Positions 39,856 through 42,742 of a stretch of DNA of 42,742 bases are shown piece after piece. Every line of letters begins with the position of its first letter. The first letter of the stretch is position 1. Both the position numbers and the translations under genes were made by a program. The DNA comes from a virus: IMG/VR virus record IMGVR_UViG_3300045988_096127, positions 1 through 42,742 of that record. One strand, 5' to 3'. The notes beneath the pieces were generated by a model, which made no database searches, was not told the origin of the DNA, and worked only from the letters and a program-made list of their open reading frames with translations.

Positions 39856-41310
39856 ATGGGATTACTTGATATATTTCGAATTTCTCAAATAAAAGAGGAA
39901 AATGAGCGTTTAAAATCTGATAATGCAACTCTACAAGCTAAAATAAATTCTCTAGGAGTAAATGAATACTACGAAACCAAACAAAAAATTGAAGAATTAG
40001 AACATGAAGCTTCTACCTCTTTAGAAAAAACAAATTCGGATATTGCATCAAATAACACAATTATTTTCAATTTAAGGCAAGAAATTTCCGAACTAGAAGA
40101 AAAAAATTCTAAACTTCAAAAATCAGTTGCTTCTCAGGAACGGAAAGTATCAAAATGTAAAGAACTATATAAAAGTATTGATTATGCAATTAATAATTTT
40201 TTTAATTTAGATATTCCATATAGCAATTGTAAGCTTTCCACCAAAGATTTTGATGATCTAGAACTTATTTCACCTTCTGTCACATTAAAATTACATTGTA
40301 TGGATGTGAAAAGCTTAAGAAAAGCATATAAAGAAAATGAAAAACAAATATCTAAATTACTCGACCAGTACTCCTCACGTTATACAACTAAAGCAAATAA
40401 GTCCATTTACAATCTAATGGTCATAGCTTTACGTGCTGAAATTCAAAATATTTTATATAATTTGAAATATGAAAAACTTGAAAAATCCATCGATGACGTG
40501 AAAACTATTTCGGCGAAATATCTAAAAATTGCAGGAGAAGGAAACCAAAGTATAGCTGGTACTTTAACAAAGTTCATTGGCGAAATTGAATATCTTTTTA
40601 TAAATGCTGTAAAAATTGAATACAACTATTATGTAAAAAAAGAACAGGCTCGTCAGGAACAGCTTGCTATACGTGAACAAATGCGTCAAGAAGCTGAAGA
40701 ACGAAAAGCTCTGGAAAATGAACGTAAAAAAATTGCTAAAGAAGAAGAAAAATATAATAATGAAATTTCAAAAATCCAAGAAACTATTGCTCAAACCACT
40801 GATCAATCAGACTTAGAAAAATTAAAAGCAAGGATTCTTGAATTACAAGAGCAATTGGGACAAGTAATTATTAAAAAAGAAGAAATTACCAATTTACAAA
40901 ATGGTAAAGCCGGTACTGTTTATGTAATCAGTAATCTTGGATCGTTTGGAGAAGATGTATTCAAAATCGGTATGACAAGACGCCTTGATCCACAGGATCG
41001 TATTAATGAACTTGGAAGTGCCAGTGTTCCCTTTAAATTTGATGTACATAGTTTTATCTTCTCTGATGATGCTGTCTCACTTGAAAACAAAATGCATCAA
41101 ATATTAAATGATAGACGAGTAAATAAAGTAAATCTTCGAAAGGAATTTTTCAAGATATCAATCGATGAATTAGAGACTTTGGTCGAAGAAATTGATCCTT
41201 CTGCGGAATTTAATAAAACAATGATTGCAGAAGAATTCAGACAATCTATTTCTTCTGATGAAGTTTACAGTTCAGATTATTCCTTAGATGATGACCCAGA
41301 AGATGAATAA
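39856..41310 (+). CDS. DUF4041 coiled-coil plus T5orf172/MUG113 (GIY-YIG-superfamily) domain protein (lysogeny cargo gene 2)
   Basis: AGGAGG RBS. 'EQARQEQLAIREQMRQEAEERK' is coiled coil. The C-terminus 'GTVYVISNLGSFGEDVFKIGMTRRLDPQDRINELGSASVPFKFDVH...NLRKEFF' is the T5orf172 signature. Confidence 0.8.
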   Translation: MGLLDIFRISQIKEENERLKSDNATLQAKINSLGVNEYYETKQKIEELEHEASTSLEKTNSDIASNNTIIFNLRQEISELEEKNSKLQKSVASQERKVSKCKELYKSIDYAINNFFNLDIPYSNCKLSTKDFDDLELISPSVTLKLHCMDVKSLRKAYKENEKQISKLLDQYSSRYTTKANKSIYNLMVIALRAEIQNILYNLKYEKLEKSIDDVKTISAKYLKIAGEGNQSIAGTLTKFIGEIEYLFINAVKIEYNYYVKKEQARQEQLAIREQMRQEAEERKALENERKKIAKEEEKYNNEISKIQETIAQTTDQSDLEKLKARILELQEQLGQVIIKKEEITNLQNGKAGTVYVISNLGSFGEDVFKIGMTRRLDPQDRINELGSASVPFKFDVHSFIFSDDAVSLENKMHQILNDRRVNKVNLRKEFFKISIDELETLVEEIDPSAEFNKTMIAEEFRQSISSDEVYSSDYSLDDDPEDE

Positions 41311-41397
41311 TTAAAATTGCCTCCAGTACTGGAATACCAGAGGCAATCCTTCTGAATGATACAGAAGTTCTCACAAAATATATTGTATCATTCGGAG

Positions 41398-41445
41398 CAG
41401 CCAACCGCAAGCGGAACAGATGTTCTCTGTTGGCTGTTATTTTTA
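41398..41445 (+). terminator. Intrinsic terminator upstream of int
   Basis: CAGCCAAC (41398..41405) ... GTTGGCTG (41429..41436) followed by TTATTTTTA. Two further hairpins precede it (41316..41347 and 41354..41393). Confidence 0.6.
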
Positions 41446-41472
41446 TACTCAAAAATAGAAAGGATGGTACAT

Positions 41473-42558
41473 ATGGCACGAAGAAAAAAACACCAAAAGC
41501 TCCCGAACGGCTTCGGATCAATAAAATATCTCGGTAAAGGACGCTATAAGCCGTATGGCGTATACCCACCAGTAACTGAATACACCTCAAAAGGACCTGT
41601 CACACCGAAAGCTCTCGCCTACGTTGAGACATGGGATGAAGGTTATGAGATTCTGGCAGCACGTAAGTTGGAGAACGAGGGAAAAATTAAAATACAGAAT
41701 GGAGTTTATATTGACCGTACTCCAACCTTTAAAGAAGTATATGAGGATTTCTATAAAGAGAAGTACCGGAACGAACTGCGTGAAGGAAAGAAAAAAACCT
41801 CCTCCATGTATTCTACCCAGGCAGCTTTTAAAAACTCCTCTTCCATTCATGACATACAATTTGGTCAGATTAAATATAAAGATTTACAAGACATCCTTAA
41901 TAATTGTGAGTTAAAGCATTCATCACAAGAATTAATAGTGTCTCTAATGCATCAGATGTACGAATATGCGATTAAATATGATATAGTGGATAAAGACTAC
42001 TCTTCTGCACTTTTTATCCCTGTATTGGACGATGACGAAAGAGGAATGCCATTTACTGATGAAGAATTAAAAATACTTTGGAATAATAAAGATAATCTTA
42101 CTGTACAAATGCTATTAATTATGTGCTACAGCGGATTCAGGATTGCCGCCTTTAATGATATGGAAGTAAATCTACCAAAGAAATATTTTAAAGGCGGAGT
42201 AAAAACACAGGCTGGAAAAGATCGAATTGTACCAATCCATTCAGCAATTTATAACATGGTGAAATCCAGATGCAATGGTAAGGATCTACTTGGCTGCACG
42301 ACTGCTACTTTCCGTAATAATATGTATAATACTTTAACTGCTCTAAAAATACCAACTGCAGTAACAGGAGAAAAACATACTCCTCATGATTGCAGGCATA
42401 CATTTTCATATCTTTGTGAACGTTATAAAGTAAACGACAATGACAGAAAACGAATGCTTGGTCATTCATTCGGTAATGATGTAACAAATGGCGTATATGG
42501 TCACAGAACGACCGAGGAACTTAGGACAGAAATTGAAAAAATAAAGACACCTTTTTAA
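41473..42558 (+). CDS. int: Tyrosine site-specific integrase
   Basis: Start at 'MARRKKHQKLPNGFGSIKYLG', an arm-binding-type N-terminus. Catalytic motifs: 'HDCRHTF', 'MLGHS' and 'GVYGHRT'. Confidence 0.9.
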   Translation: MARRKKHQKLPNGFGSIKYLGKGRYKPYGVYPPVTEYTSKGPVTPKALAYVETWDEGYEILAARKLENEGKIKIQNGVYIDRTPTFKEVYEDFYKEKYRNELREGKKKTSSMYSTQAAFKNSSSIHDIQFGQIKYKDLQDILNNCELKHSSQELIVSLMHQMYEYAIKYDIVDKDYSSALFIPVLDDDERGMPFTDEELKILWNNKDNLTVQMLLIMCYSGFRIAAFNDMEVNLPKKYFKGGVKTQAGKDRIVPIHSAIYNMVKSRCNGKDLLGCTTATFRNNMYNTLTALKIPTAVTGEKHTPHDCRHTFSYLCERYKVNDNDRKRMLGHSFGNDVTNGVYGHRTTEELRTEIEKIKTPF

Positions 42559-42568
42559 AGATAAAGAT

Positions 42569-42590
42569 TGTTGCTAATTTGTTACTAATT
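42569..42590 (+). repeat. Tandem 11-mers TGTTGCTAATT + TGTTACTAATT (candidate integrase arm-type sites)
   Basis: Located 11 nt after the int stop. Matches the tandem pair at 58..79. Confidence 0.6.
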
Positions 42591-42718
42591 AGAACACTTT
42601 TTTATATTTTGCAACAATCTGAAATAGTTTATTACAAGCACTAAAAACCAAGTATTTATAATGGTTACAGACATTTTCTAAGTAAAATTCATACTTTCAA
42701 AGACTTGATGTTTTTTAA

Positions 42719-42742
42719 ACTATTCTTAAGAAAAAATCAATA
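42719..42742 (+). repeat. Terminal direct repeat copy 2
   Basis: Identical to 1..24. Confidence 0.9.

Larger units (their letters stand above)
1..42742. mobile_element. Complete temperate tailed phage / prophage genome with a PBSX (XkdK-XkdV)-type contractile tail module
   Basis: All modules are present: integrase, CI/Cro-type switch, replication/recombination, terminase-portal-capsid, sheath-tube-baseplate, and holin-amidase. The first 24 nt equal the last 24 nt. Confidence 0.9.

Noticed and set aside
41246-41590. 114-aa minus-strand ORF across the int leader
   Set aside because: It is antisense to the int start and to the hairpin/terminator cluster. It has no RBS and an implausible composition.

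Overview
The window is one complete temperate tailed-phage genome of about 42.7 kb. It is AT-rich, uses AGGAGG-type ribosome binding sites and carries Firmicutes/Clostridia-style gene families. The first 24 nt are identical to the last 24 nt, which indicates either circular closure (an assembly overlap or direct terminal repeat) or an att core trimmed at attL/attR.

Gene order:
- Minus strand, read right to left: Cro-like repressor (37899), then an early operon with an Xis-like HTH protein, a Rad52-type annealase, an HNH/DUF968 protein, Rha, RusA, a DnaD-like organizer with internal iterons, a DnaC-like loader, YopX, Lar, an ASCH-like protein, a PAPS-reductase-like protein and a small DPPH methyltransferase.
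- An accessory 'moron' island follows at 22.3-25.2 kb. It holds an AbiJ-NTD4/HEPN-like gene with its own promoter and terminator, two membrane proteins and an ORF interrupted by an in-frame stop.
- Next come a sigma-region-4-like late activator, a terminator, and the late operon: TerS, TerL, SPP1-type portal, a small HExxH protein, MuF with a C-terminal PD-(D/E)xK-like extension, GP20 scaffold, capsid, connectors, an XkdK-to-XkdV-like contractile tail and baseplate, tail fibre, and a holin/amidase lysis cassette.
- Plus strand, right end: XRE repressor, ImmA-like peptidase, a two-gene cargo (a membrane/wHTH-like protein plus a DUF4041-T5orf172 protein), and a tyrosine integrase.

Most interesting candidates:
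- the lysogeny-module cargo pair at 38943-41310;
- the self-contained AbiJ-like moron;
- the MuF C-terminal nuclease-like domain, which has no adjacent immunity gene and is followed by a 315-bp structured non-coding island;
- an opposite-strand 30-aa hydrophobic toxin-like peptide with a consensus promoter;
- a promoter-hairpin-terminator small-RNA candidate between the tail fibre and the lysis genes;
- 11-bp-phased iterons;
- a canonical A_AAA_AAC -1 frameshift site.

All functional calls come from motif recognition by eye. No database search was run.
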